A DNA stretch of 64,000 bases from positions 275,776,001 to 275,840,000 of the forward strand of contig OZ024741.1 in assembly GCA_964016885.1 (NCBI GenBank). The letters run 5' to 3'. A program made the position numbers and the translations under genes. Within the stretch, counting starts at the first letter, position 1, and each line of letters begins with the position of its first letter. The notes beneath the pieces were generated by a model. That model was not told where the DNA came from and did not search any database. It was given only the letters and a program-made list of their open reading frames with translations. Below, in pieces: positions 37,136-50,103 of this stretch. This stretch comes from Eledone cirrhosa (taxonomy: Eukaryota).

Positions 37136-37182
37136 TGCTGACAATCGTTTCTTCCAAACTTTTGTTTGGAATCGTCGGAGCA
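37136..37182 (-). ncRNA. Type I hammerhead ribozyme, U4C variant
   Basis: tgct-CCGACGA-ttccaaac/aaaa/gtttggaa-GAAA-cgattg-TC-agca; perfect 8-bp helix II and GUC site. Confidence 0.7.
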
Positions 37183-38339
37183 CTAGCAAAGTTTAGACAT
37201 ATAATTAACCTCCTATTCAACAGAACAATCGTAAAGATACGTAGATGGTAGTGTTGTCATTAACAGTGTCATATTTAAAGAGTGAAGATGATATGGTCAG
37301 TATCAGTGGATGCGACAAAGATTATAAAAGAATAATACACCAATTATAGAGGAATTAAAGAAGAAAGTTACTCGCAAAACGAGGACATTAGCGGAACATA
37401 TGCAAACGTATAGAAAGAGTGCAGAGGTATTAGGCATGTACAGAATAACCAGGTAAGAAACAAGCAATGGAACTAAGCATATATATTATAGTATGGCAAA
37501 GGTATCACATAATACAATACAGGTATTGGTAATAAGGTGGTAATGAATTACTGACCTTTCCTGTTTATAATTATATATAGTGTATATATAAGTATAAATA
37601 ATATATATAATATTATTTATACTTATATATACACTATATATATATGTATATGTATATGTATATAGATATGTATATGTATATGTGTATCTATGTATGTATA
37701 TGTATGTCTGTGTGTGTATGTGTGTGTACATATATATATATATATATATAAATACATTATCGGGGAAAGCTAAAAGCGATACTCCGGCCAAATCCCAACT
37801 CACTCAACAAACATTAGGAAATAAGTGAGTTTATTCCTAATTAAACGTTTGGGGTGCTAACTAATTGTATTGTGTGGAAAATTGGCTGTATTATTTCATA
37901 TGAGATATATCAGATATATCTCTTCCCAGACGGACGTCTCGTTTCATTATAAGATTCCTACAAGTTGAGTGAAATTATACCAATTTATGCAGAAGCTTGT
38001 ATAAGATCAACAGATACTTATTCAAGTGGGCTCTTATAATTCTTCAGTGGGTGCCCAATAATATTAATGTTGATAATCAAATCAACATCAATATTTAGCG
38101 ATAATCACCATCAGTGCTTGAGGTAGCTGCTAGGTTGCTAGCCCAGCAGTTCTAAAGAAATTCTCATACTGTCTCAAAAAAGAGGAAGGAGATTACCGCC
38201 AAAAAACAATACATGCGCAGGACAATGAATTCTAAAAGGAATTCAAGCCACGTGCTAGAACTCAATTGGAATTTGAAAAAATATCCATATGTGTACATCG
38301 TTTGATGACACACATAGATATTTTCTCATATATATGTAT

Positions 38340-38905
38340 TTATGTATTTGGGAGCAAGGATTGGGAATACGGAAGATGATGTGGTTGAGAGGAAGATTAA
38401 AGCCTGGGCGGCGTGCCACAGCTTGAGATCGGTGTGGAAGTCGGACCTTCGTAAAGACCTGAAAATCCGTCTCTTCATTGTTGTAGTGGACTCTGTGCTG
38501 CTGTACGGGTTTGAGACGTGGACACTGACCAAGAAACTCACTCAGATGGTGGATGGGTGCTACACGAGAATGCTGAGGATGGCTCTGAACATTAATCAGT
38601 ATACACTGAGGATGAAGAACTCAGAGCTGTACGGGAGCCTCCCAAAAGTCAGCTCGAAAGTGACACAGAGGAGACTGAGGTTAGCTGGACATGCTCACCG
38701 ACATCCAGAGTTGACACAGCACTCAGTGCTCCTGTGGGAGCCTCTGCATGGACACACTGGAAGAGGAAGACCGAGGTTAACATATGTTGATGCCCTAAGG
38801 ACAGATATTGGTCTCTTGGAGACACAGGACATGGCAGCGATAATGAGGGACAGAGACCGCTGGAGAGAACTCGTCCATGGATCTCAGGAATTTTACCCGC
38901 CCTAG
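38340..38905 (+). mobile_element. RTE-type LINE 3' fragment (second family)
   Basis: YLG..VLLYGFETWTLTK..RRLRLAGH..GRPRLTY..DRDRWR. Confidence 0.8.
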
Positions 38906-38927
38906 ATATATAGATATATATGTGTGT

Positions 38928-39140
38928 GTGTAAACGGTAAACAGAAATAACAACACAATCGGTACAGTATAGGGAAGGAATATATTGGGTTAACACTTGA
39001 AATAGCAGGAAGAGGGTCTTAACGTTTCGGACGCTAGTCCTTCATCAGAAGAATGAGATAGATTGAAGGGACAGGCGGGGTGGAATTGGAAAAAATATCT
39101 TTAGATAAAAATAACAGATCCATTCATGTTGACATCTCTT
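38928..39140 (-). mobile_element. PLE 3' segment with minimal HHR (39017-39052)
   Basis: tctt-CTGATGA-a-ggac/tagc/gtcc-GAAA-CG-TT-aaga; homologous to 52115-52335. Confidence 0.65.
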
Positions 39141-39279
39141 GCTGACCATTACTGCAGTCTTCACCATCCTTTGATACCATAAATTCTTCAACAGAATATG
39201 TTAATATAGCAACTTAATAAAATCCCTTTGTTTTCCATTGCGGTCCCTTCCCCCGTCGGTTTGGTGTTCCTAATGAGCC

Positions 39280-40120
39280 CCAATTACAGACCTTGCCTTT
39301 GAGACAATCTTCTAATCAAAGATGGTTGGCCTTGAGCAATTGTTGAAGGACATTGAGGCAATCGAACCCCATCAAGGTCTTTTCATACTCATAAACTACC
39401 TTTCAATCCCTAAGCTTTTCTATATGTTCAGGGTTAGCCCTTCTCACAGATTTTCGTCATGCTTCCAAAGTTCCGATAACCTAAACTTCGAGAGATTCGA
39501 GTGCTTGGTCAATGTCAGACTCTCTCCAGAGTCCTGCGATCAGGCTGCATTGCCCAAGCGATTTGCGGGGGGGGGGGGGGGGGTATTGGTCTTTGTAAGT
39601 GTTCATCCCTCTCTCTCCCTTGCTTCCTTTCCACCACCTACACCTGATCAACCCTGTTGAGCAGCATCCTATCCTCTCCAACATGGATCAGTTACAATAG
39701 GGAGTTTATATGAAGCTCTCCTACGATGGAGTAAGTTGGGCTTGTCTGTTCCTGACAAGGTGGAGGACAGACGAAGTCAGAGAGCTTGGGACAGCATACA
39801 TTTGAGGGCCACCTCTGAGTCCCTTTTGACCACTCAGATCAGTTTTCAAGGTGCTGCTTACTGTCTGCCAGCGCCAAGTACTGAGGTGGCTGGGTTGATG
39901 CCCTACCCATGGCTAATGTTGGTGGCCTACTCAGCTTGGATGAACTTCTTGTCTCAGAGTGTGAGCTGATGTTTGTACTGAGGTATCAGTGTGGCAAACT
40001 CCTTGATTCCACAGGCCTCCACCGGCTTTTTTGCTGCCTGAATGCCAGTCGCTTCACGCATCACACAGAGCTAAACCTCATTTTCAAGAGAGCTTTGGCC
40101 CAGGCAAACATCACCTCAAA
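39280..40120 (+). mobile_element. Decayed CRE-clade non-LTR element fragment
   Basis: IPKLFYMFRVSP, QAALPKRF(A)GG(LG), SQRAWD and CGKLLDSTGLHRLFC..HTELN motifs across frameshifts. Confidence 0.65.
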
Positions 40121-40592
40121 TGTGATTTTATAGTCTACAGCAAGATAAGTAAAAGTCAGTTCAGAGTTTAATCCAATCATTAAATTTCCAATCACAGTAG
40201 TTTTACAATATTACATTATATAGATATATATATAAATGAACAAAAATAACCAGGTTTAAATTACAATAAATTATTTAATTGATTAACATTTTCGGAATTG
40301 AGATATTCAGACATGTGTTTGGTATTTATAAAGATACATATATATATATATATGTTTATAAACATACATGTATATATTCATAGTCATACATATATATATG
40401 TATATATTTATACTCTCACACAAATATGGATATTCATATACACACACACATGCACACATCACCATTATCGTCATCATCATCAATGTACAGCTATTTTTTA
40501 TACTGGCATGGGTTGGACTATATATATCATCATAAGCAGCAGTATGGAAAATAGACGATAAACGATGATGATGATGATGATGTTGTTTAATA

Positions 40593-40659
40593 GATTCTGA
40601 GGAGATCAATACAGCTGGAATAAATATTCCAGGTGTGTTAATAAAAACGTTAGTCAATC
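40593..40659 (+). ncRNA. Decayed hammerhead motif
   Basis: gatt-CTGAGGA-long hairpin-(A)AAA-cgttag-TC-aatc with G12 lost; an inverted partial copy lies at 40225-40296. Confidence 0.5.
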
Positions 40660-40721
40660 AATTAGATAATTTAATGTAATTAAATCCTGATTATTTTTTA
40701 TTCATATATAAATATATATAT

Positions 40722-41110
40722 CATCATCATCATCATCGTTTTTATGTCCACTTTTCTATGCTTGCATGGGTTGGACAGGTCCTTCTCAGCATGGCATCTC
40801 TCCACTTGTTGCATTCCTTCGTCATCTTCTCTTCCAGTCTTAGCAATTTGAGGTCAGCTCTCACAACCTCTTCCCAGGTCTTCCTTAGTGATCCTTCCTC
40901 TGAGATTTCCTGGCATTTCTTCACCAATCAGACATTGACCATGCGCATGTGATGCGCATGGTCAATGCAGTCTTCCAACGCAGTCTTCTCTCCTGCACAC
41001 TATCTCAGATTCCCCTTAAACCCAGCTTCTCTATCAGCTCATACAAGCTCTGCCTTTCTCTCACATTTACATTGCACATCCAATGAAACATGATTGGTTC
41101 GTTTCCCTTC
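40722..41110 (-). mobile_element. RTE LINE 3' fragment
   Basis: RKTWEEVVRADL..WRDAM plus a (GAT)n tail. Confidence 0.7.
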
Positions 41111-41125
41111 AGTCCACCACATGTC

Positions 41126-41199
<74 letters not shown>

Positions 41200-41203
<4 letters not shown>

Positions 41204-43745
41204 CCCCACTTTACCCTGAAGAATCACAAACCCAATTTCGCCAACAACCCCTCTATTCAGCTAATTAATCCTACGACGTCTGATTTAGGTAGACTTAGTA
41301 AAAGGATTTTAGATAGAATTATACCTGAAATTAGAAGCTTGGCTCCTCTTGCACTATGGAATAATTCTTTCACGGTGATTGATTGGTTCAATGGCAAATG
41401 TAACAAGGAACATTGCCGTTTTATCCAATTCGACATCAATAACTACTACTCCCCCATCACTTCACCACTTCTTCTTAGAGCTATCAATTTCGCTAAAACG
41501 CTCACAGTGGTTAAGGATTTCGAAGTTGATGTCATCCTCAATGCCCGTAAATCGGTGATTAATTTCGACAACTCTATTTGGATAAAAAAAATCTAATAGT
41601 ACCCCATTCGACGTGAGTATGGGCGCAGGCAATTCTGTGGAGGTTACTGATCTTATCAGCCTTTTCCTTCTTTTCTCTATCAAGGAAGAATTCCTCAATG
41701 TGGGCGGTGGTTTGTACCATGATGATGGGCTTTTGACCATGACTAAGTGCGGCCCACGTGCTTGCGACAGGTTCAGAAAAGAACTCACAGCCTTCTTTAA
41801 AGGCTTCAACCTCTCCATACAGGTTGAGGCCAACCTCTCGGTCGTTAATTACCTCGACATTATTCTCGATTTGTCGAATGGCTTGCACTACCCGTATAGA
41901 AAGCCGAATGATACGCTTAATTACATAAATAAGCATTCTAACCATCCTGCCAGCATAACCAAGAACCTGGTAAGAAACGTTTCTTTGAGGCTTTCCCGTC
42001 TATCTACAAACGAGCATATTTTCACCAACCATTCCACATATTACAATGAAGCTCTTGCTCGGAGTGCATTTGTCGATAAGGTAGCTTATACTAAGTACGA
42101 GCATAGACCAAGGAAAAATAGATCCCGACACATTATATGGTATAACCCACCATATAATATGGAGGTGGCCACACCATTAGCTAAGATCTTTCTCTCCCTT
42201 ATTAAGAAGGATTTCCCCTCACCACATAAATATAATAACATAAATATAATAACATTTTTTAATAGAAATACCATTAAAATATCTTACTCTACGACTCCTA
42301 ACCTTGCACATAACATCACTGCTTCAAATTTAGCTAAATTACCTAGCTGTAGGAACATGTGCAACCCTGTAGCTAGTACTAACTGTAATTGTAGGAATCG
42401 GGTTGACTGCCCTCTATCCAGGAAATGCCTCTCCAGTAACATTGTCTACAAATGTAAGGTCGAAACATCCACATCCCGTAGGGCCTACATGGGGTTACTG
42501 CCAATAGATTCAAGCAGCATCTTTACATGCATACCCATTCTTTTCTTAACCCTTTAAGAAGGAATATGATGTCATTTTTAGCTTATATCTGGAGTCTAAA
42601 AGACAACCACACCCAATATAGGTTATACTGGGAGATCCTAGCTAAGGCTAGATCGTATAACAGAAATAAAAGACCATGCATTCTTTGCGCTGCTGAAACC
42701 ATGGAAATACTCTACGCCAATGACCACATCTTAAACAAAAAATCTGAGGCAATTTCGGCTTGTAAACTTAAATTGCATAAAACTTTCCTGCATTACAACC
42801 CCTCATTATACCCTAATGGATAGTACGAACAATACGTGGATAATTTACGTCTTAATGTGGTAGCTAAGTATATTTTATGTTTATACCATTACTTATTTGT
42901 ATAGGTAAGTATACCTTACTCGTATGTTTTGTGAAGGTACGTATACTTTCTCGTACATATATATGCTTGCATTTGGTATAGGTGTATATATTATATATAC
43001 TGGTATGTGTGTATATGGTTATGTGTATATGTGTATTTCGTGTTTATGTGTGTATGCGTGTTTTCACGTATGAAAGGTGTGTATATGTGTACATTGTGTT
43101 TTGGTTGACGTACGTTTGGTGAACATATGTGTATTTACCTGTAGGTATGAGTGTGCGTGCATTATTTACATATTTATGTGTGTATATTTATATACGTTTA
43201 TATAATTATATGTATACACATACGCACACACATATATTTGTATGTGTATTTGGTGGATTCGTATGTGTGCGGGTACAGGTGTTGCGCGGGTTTATGTATG
43301 TGTACGTGCATGTATATGCATGCATGGCGGGTGTTTTCGTGTATGCACATGTATGTACGTATATGGATGCGTGTATGTATATATTTGATTTTAATAACCC
43401 CTGTCATTTTCGTTCTACTAATTTATTTACATTATTCTTAACTCTGAAGCCGAGAATCATTCGGTTTCCTAAATAGAATATTAGTCTACGACTTCATTTA
43501 TACCATTAACGTGGTTTTGTCTTTGCGTGTAATTGTTCTCATCGCTCCACATAACGACGTATTATCTTCGCTTTTTTCCGTTCATTGCCAGGGAACGTCT
43601 TCACGAACCAAAGTATCGTCCTCCTGTTGCAACATTTTTCGAAATATTTACTTCTGCGTTCACAGATTGATTTTTTTTAGTTTCAGAAGATCCCGTTAAG
43701 GGTGAAAGCAGTGATTCTTTGCTTAAACTTTAATCTGTTATTTTA

Positions 43746-43750
<5 letters not shown>
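41200..43750 (+). mobile_element. 5'-truncated Naiad-type Penelope-like element (RT + Cys linker + GIY-YIG), decayed
   Basis: LKNHKPNF, FIQFDINNYY, FDVSMG, GLYHDDGL, NYLDIILDL, SNHP, IIWYNPPY, CNCRNRVDCPLSRKC, VYKC..YMG and CILCAAE motifs. There is an HHR-like motif at the 3' end, followed by (TA)n. Confidence 0.85.
43662..43738 (+). ncRNA. Hammerhead-like motif, U4A variant with extended helix I
   Basis: acagattga-(T)n-agttt-CAGAAGA-tccc/gttaa/gggt-GAAA-gca..tgc-TT-aaact-ttaatctgt. Confidence 0.6.
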
Positions 43751-43790
<40 letters not shown>

Positions 43791-43792
<2 letters not shown>

Positions 43793-43883
43793 AAAAAGTA
43801 TGACCCCGACGGCAGAGAGCAAGCCGTTTCGACGGCTATTTCTCGTCCAGAAATAGCCGTCGAAACAGGGTCATACTTTTTCC
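43791..43883. repeat. Short fold-back containing the 3' half of an HHR-like motif
   Basis: ggaaaaagtatgaccc..gtttcgacggctatttct/agaaatagccgtcGAAAcagggTCatactttttcc. Confidence 0.65.
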
Positions 43884-43974
43884 TATTATCCACTCTACTA
43901 CCCTAAGTATTGAGTACTCTGGTGCGTTATGGTCCATCTGGTTCCTTACCACAACTCCTTCATTATATATATAA

Positions 43975-44158
43975 GGGCGGTGAATTGGCAGTATTGGTAG
44001 AGGGTCGCACGCCATGCTTTCCAGCATAGTTACGTCCCTTTACGGTCTGAGTTCAAATCCCGCCGAGGTTGACTTTGCCTTTCATCCTTACGGGGTCGAT
44101 AAAATAAAGTACCAGTAATGTACTGGGTAATTGCTGGCCCTGTGCCTAAAGTAGAAAC

Positions 44159-44160
<2 letters not shown>
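43975..44160 (+). mobile_element. Meta-domain tRNA-SINE, near full length
   Basis: A-box-like tggcagtattgg, B-box GAGTTCAAATCCC, and gttgactttgcctttcatccttacggggtcgataaaataaagtaccagt. Confidence 0.8.
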
Positions 44161-44210
<50 letters not shown>

Positions 44211-44329
44211 TATTTTCATACATGGAACCAAAGAGCTACCTACGGTTTCAAGACCCAATATTGATCATATCTCCAGAATGTAAGAGGGATGAAAATTGCA
44301 ACCTATCTTTAGGTGCTTATACAAGTTTA

Positions 44330-45485
44330 TAAGATACCATTAAAAGTAATGCATGCTAAAACCTGCATGAATTTGATCCTGTTCCGAAAGGGGATTTCTG
44401 TGAAGCAGGATGTGACAGACGGAGGACTTGTATTTTTAAAGTTCTTTACAAGTACCATAATCCCTTCCAACAACCACTTGTAAAGGACATTAAAAAATTC
44501 AAATCCACTAAGAATGTTTTTGTATTTTCAGACAAAACAAAAACTTTGTATAAACTGTATAAGGATCTATATACAACAACCTTATCCTTAATAATATAAC
44601 AAATAAATACCAAAAGACCAAACCTAACACCTATAATAAAATTAATGATGAGACCAAAGATATTGGCACAAATTTTAGAATAGACAATAGAGTTGAATGC
44701 TTAGTGGAACATGATGCCTTCATTATCCTGAAGGAGCATAAACCTGATTTCACAAACAGGCCTACCTATAGAATAATAAATCCTGCAGGGACAGAGTTAG
44801 GACTTGCTAGTAAAATAAAGTAAGGGACATCAACACCTATATTATTAAAAACACCTATCTCTCACTGTGAAATAATACATCTGTCATATCCTGGTTCACA
44901 GAAATCCCCTTTAAGAACAGAACAAAATTCACACAGATTTTATAGATATAGATTTTTATCCTTCTATTTCTAGGACCCTTCCTAATAATGCTTTAAACTT
45001 TGCTCATTCTTTTGTATATATCAGTGACATGGAATATGACCTGATATTCCACGCTCGTAGAATCTTCCTATTTAGTAACGGTTTTACTTGGGTAAAAACA
45101 TCTGACCCATGGGGTCCTATGACTGCTGATATTTGTAATCTTATTGGATTATATATTCTTCAAACACTAAAGTCAATAATTCCCAACTTTACATTTGGTC
45201 TATATTGAGATGACAGTCTTTCGTTTTCACAAGATTGTAATGGACAGACTCAGGACAGATTCCATGAAAATTTAATTGATACCTTTCATGCTCTAGGACT
45301 TTAAATTATAATTGATACGAATCTTATTAATGCAAATTTTCTTGATATAAACTTAGACCTCACAACAGCTTCATATAAACCATATCATAAACCTAACAAA
45401 AAATTAAAATATACTTATTAATAAAGCCTCATGACACCCACCCACTCTGCTCTTTTTAAAAACTTAGTTCTAAGTATCTCAAATC
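44330..45485 (+). pseudogene. Heavily decayed Naiad-type PLE RT fragment
   Basis: AFIILKEHKPDF..RIINPA, DFYPSIS, GLY.DD and NFLDINLDL..YKPYHKPN remnants. Confidence 0.7.
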
Positions 45486-45487
45486 TA

Positions 45488-45705
45488 TCAGCAGTTAAAG
45501 AAGTGCCAAGAAATCTCAGTAGAAGGAAGACGCAGTAGAGGTAGACCATGAAAAACATGGGTGGAGGTGGTGAGAGCAGATCTCAGATCACTGAAATTCA
45601 CTGAGGAGATGACGAAGGACCGTGACAAGTAGAGAGATGCTGTGCTGAATAGGACCCGTCCAACCCTTGCAAGCAGGGAAAAGCGGACGGAAAATGATGA
45701 TGATA
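45488..45705 (+). mobile_element. RTE LINE 3' fragment
   Basis: GRP*KTWVEVVRADL plus the shared acccttgcaagcaggg..gatgatgat tail. Confidence 0.7.
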
Positions 45706-45715
45706 TACGTATATA

Positions 45716-47022
45716 CAGGGTGTGGACGATATTTGTTCGCAATTTTCAACTGCTAATTTTATGCAAAATTTTTTTTACTTCTGTTGTCACTCTTGTCTTC
45801 ATAAAAACAGTTACTATATTTCCATTATTTATTTTCAGAATAATTGATTATGAATAATTTTGAACCTCCAAATTTGTGGAAGAGACACGGAGTTCTTCTT
45901 GGAATCTGCACTGGGAGGACAAATAAGGAAATTTCAGACTTTCTCAGCATCAGCAGGAGAATGGTGGAAAAGGTCAGAAAGGAATTGGAAGATTCAGGAT
46001 TCGACTACGAAACAACATCAGAGAGGAAAACACATGATCGATGATCTGACGCCCTCAGAACGCTCGAGTTCATCGCTGAAGTTCAGGATATCATCAACAA
46101 TGAATCTAGCAAGTCGATGCGTGCCATTGCAAGGGAGAAAAGCGTGGATGAAAAGCTCATTAGGCTGGTGGTACATGAAGACATTCACTATGTTTCATAC
46201 AAGATGAGGAAGCGACAATTTATGTCAAAGGCGATGCAAGAACAGCGACTGAAGCACGCAAAGAAGCTGATCAACAAGTTGAAACACCCACTGTAGCCAG
46301 ACATGCTGTGGTTTTTCTCCTACGAGAAAAACTTCTGCCAAGACCAGAAGATCAACTCCCAGAACAACAGGTGGCTCACTGTCTCATCCAAAGACGTGCC
46401 CAGAGTCATGCAGACAAAGTTTCCAGCGACAACATTGGTCTTAGGTGTCGTCAGCAGTCAAGGTGACGTCATGTCACCTCACTTCTTCCCTGAGGGCCTC
46501 AAGCTGAACACCGATGGCTACATCCGCTTTCTGAGTGAGGTAGTAAAGCCCTGGATCAACTAGGTAGCTGTAGGTAAGCCGTACATGTGGCAGCAAGACT
46601 CAGCGCCCTGCCATACCAGCCGAAAGACCCAAGCCTGGCTGTCAGGGAACTTCGTCGACCACACTTCACCTGACATCTGGCCTTCCAGATCGCTTGACTG
46701 CAACCCCCGCAACTTCTTTGTGTGGGGCGCAGTGGAACGAGACACCAACAGATCTAGCTGCAATACAAAAGACGATCTGAAGGCCAGGATCACAAGTGCC
46801 TTTAGGAGCCTAAGTCGGGGACAGTGACGAAGGCCTGTAGCTGGTTCCAAGGCCGCCTTGAGGCCATCATCAAAGCCAATGGTGGGTTTATCGAGTGAGA
46901 TCGAAAGAACAAGTCATGAAGACAAACTGACCAAAGTTTGATAAATATATCTTAAAAAATAAAACTACTAAATTATTTTTTCCTAGACAGTAATCTTGCG
47001 AACAAATATCGTCCGCACCCTG
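45716..47022 (+). mobile_element. Full-length Tc1/mariner-superfamily DD37D (maT) transposon, defective
   Basis: 27-bp TIRs CAGGGTG(T/C)GGACGATATTTGTTCGCAA with TA flanks. Motifs are WFFS(Y)EKNF, WQQDSAPCH and WPSRSLDCNPR(N), with 37-residue spacing. The ORF has several stops. Confidence 0.9.
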
Positions 47023-47160
47023 TATATATAAATATGTATATATACACACACACACACATATATATATATACACACACATATATATATACACACATGCACA
47101 TACATCTCAGAAAAAGGAACAGCCCGTCCTACCCATTCTAGTGTGGGAAACGCGCATTAA

Positions 47161-47193
<33 letters not shown>

Positions 47194-47914
47194 TCACACA
47201 ACAGGTTTCCACATCATCTTCAGGTATTAATTTTTCCTCATGAAGAATTTGGTCAGAAGAAGACACCTGTCCCAGGGGAGACATGCAGCATAAATGAAAT
47301 ATATTTAAATGAATTCTCTTCTGATGGGGAATTGAAACTGTATCCTTGTAGTAACTTATCTCATGACCCACAATGTTTCTCATTATTTTATCTATCTTAA
47401 GTAATTATCAATTCTTAATTCAAACAAAACTTTAAGTTATTTCTTCTTCTATCACTTTTATCCATTTATTTATCTCTATATTTACCCTCTTACTGTTGTA
47501 CACATATTATCATCAAAAACCTTTATCAACTGGCTAGCTACTGATTGGTGCTTAACAGAGATAGAATTTTGTTGCTGTTTACTGTTTGGTCCTCATATCT
47601 CATTCATATCATTAATAATGTTTAACGAAGATATTTTAGTGATAATTAATTTAGATACATAGTTAAGGAAAAAAAAAAACTATTTCAGATTGTTTTTTTT
47701 CTAATGGCTTGTTGACATAGTGTGTGTGTATGCACATGTTCATATATATATATGTGTGTGTGCATATGTATATGTATATAGGAAAAGAGTCAGGATGGTC
47801 CACCTGGTATCTTACCACACCTTCTTTGTTATATATATAATATATATATAAATGAAAATAGAGAAATTAATGTGAGCAAGAAGCCAACAGTAATTCATAT
47901 ACATGAATTACTGT

Positions 47915-50101
47915 AGGGGGTGTTCAGGATTGCAAGGCAGTCTGTCAGAGAGAATGTGATGTCATTGGAGAGAAGTGTATCCGGAATGATAAAGGTGAGC
48001 TTGCCCTCACAAGTGCTGAGAAGAAAGATGCATGGAAGAGTTATTATGATACATTGCTAAATGAGGAGAATGCATGGGAAGAAGAGACCCTACCCCAAGT
48101 AGACCTTATAGAGGGGCCAGCAGTGCAAGTCAACAGCAGCGTAGTAGGTGGGGCAGTCGGGGATATGAAGATGGGGAAGGCGACCGGTCCATCGGGTATA
48201 GCTGCCGAGATGCTGAAGGCATCTGGGTCTGTAGGTCACACTATAACCACACGTATTGTTAACCAGGTAATACTAGAAGGTGTCATACCAAAGGATTGGT
48301 GTAGTAGCATCATTGTCAACTGCTACAAGGGTAAAGGTGATGCACTCGATAGAGGAAACTATAGAGGTATAAAGCTGATGGACCAGGTCATGAAGGTAAC
48401 AGAAAGAGTTATAGCACAGTTGATTAGGGACTGGGTGAAACTAGATGAGATCCAATTTGGGTTTGTACCAGGAAGAGGCACCACTGATGCCCTCTTCCTT
48501 GTGCGGCAGTTACAGGAAAAGTACCTAGCTAAAAGTAAGCCACTCTACCTGGCATTCGTCGATCTCGAGAAAGCCTTTGACAGAGTTCCACGTGCTGTAA
48601 TCTGGTGGGCTCTTAGAAAACTAGGAGTAGATGAATGGCTTGTGAAAGCTGTACCAGCCATGTATAGGGGGAGCAGTTGGCAAAGTTAGGATTAGCAATG
48701 AGTATAGCGAGGAATTTAGCGTACAGGTTGGTGTCCACCAGGGCTCTGTTCTTAGCCCTCTCCTGTTCATCATAGTCCTGCAGGCAATAACAGGAGTTTA
48801 AGACCGGATGCCCATGGGAACTCCTGTATGCTGATGACCTCACACTTATAGCTGAATCTATGGTAGAACTAGAGAAGAAATTCCAAACTTGGAAGCAGGG
48901 ACTAGAAAGAAAGGGTCTCAAAGTCAACATGACAAAGACTAAGGTCCTTGTAAGTAGACGAGAAAACAGAACCCAGATCCCCTCAGGGAAATAGCGTTGC
49001 TCAGTATGTAGCAAAGGTGTATGTAGGAACTCCATTCTCTACTCCAAATGCAAACAATGGGTACACAAGAGATGTAGCGGGATCTCAGGAAGCTTAATTA
49101 AGAATGTAGGCTTCAAATGCAGCAGCTGTACTGCGACAGCAAGCAGCAAACAGCCACAGGAAACAAGTACCACCGATCTCTGGGAGGGCTCTGTAGAAGC
49201 AGTAGACAGCTTCTGCTACCTAAGCGACCGAATTAGCAGTGGAGGTGGGTGTTCAGAAAGTACAATAACTAGGGTAAGAACGGGATGGAAGAAGTTCAGG
49301 GAACTACTTCCACTGCTAGCTGCAAAAGGCTTCTCCCTCAAAATGAAAGGCAGACTGTATGATGCGTGTATCCGAACAGCAATGTTACATGGTAGTGAGA
49401 CCTGGGCACTGAAGGTGGAAGACTTACGTAGATTAGAGAGAAACGAAGCCTGCATGCTCCGATGGATGTGTAATAGTAATATCCGCGACCGACAAAGCAT
49501 AAATGAATTGAGAGAGAGACTGAGCATAAGAGAAATCAAATGCTCTGTGCAGGAGAGGCGGTTGTGTTGGTATGGACATGTGATGCGTATGAAGGATGAC
49601 AGCTGCATAAAAAGGTGCAGAGTACTAGAAGTCGATGGAAACCGCGGAGTGGGGAGACCCAAGGTGACCTGGGATGAGGTGATAAAAGCCGACCTTACCC
49701 AATTACACCTCTCCAAGGCAATGACACACGACCGTGACCTCTGGCGTCACGCAGTAATACAGAGTACCCGACCTCCCATGGGTACAAGCTGAAGCATATT
49801 GACAATATGCCCCCACACCCTCCCACTGCAAGGTGGTCGTGGAGGTGCCACGGCAAAAAAGCACCCAGCCCACACTGTAAAGTGGACGTGTAGGCACCAC
49901 GAAAAAGCACCCAGCACTCACTGTAAATAAGGTTGGTTTTAGGAAGGGCATCCAGCTGTAGAAATCAAGCCAAATCAGTTCCTGTATGAGCAAGGCATGG
50001 TCAGCCGACCAGACACTGCCCACAACAGGACAACCCATCTAACCCATGCTAGCGTGGAACAACGGACGTAAAACAGTGATGATGATGATGATGATGATGA
50101 T
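47915..50101 (+). mobile_element. 5'-truncated RTE LINE
   Basis: NYRGIKL, DLEKAFDRVP, GVHQGS, YADDL, Cys finger, LCWYGHV..GRPKVTW motifs and a (GAT)n tail. Confidence 0.9.
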
Positions 50102-50103
50102 AT

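Noticed and set aside
41613-42823. Selenoprotein-encoding Naiad
   Set aside because: The conserved Cys positions (CNC..CP..C, CILC) use TGT/TGC, not TGA. The breaks are ordinary decay.
44230-44285. HHR on the minus strand (also 36960-36990, 47200-47230, 47320-47345)
   Set aside because: Only partial cores are present, and helix I or II cannot be formed. These are at best relics and were not counted.
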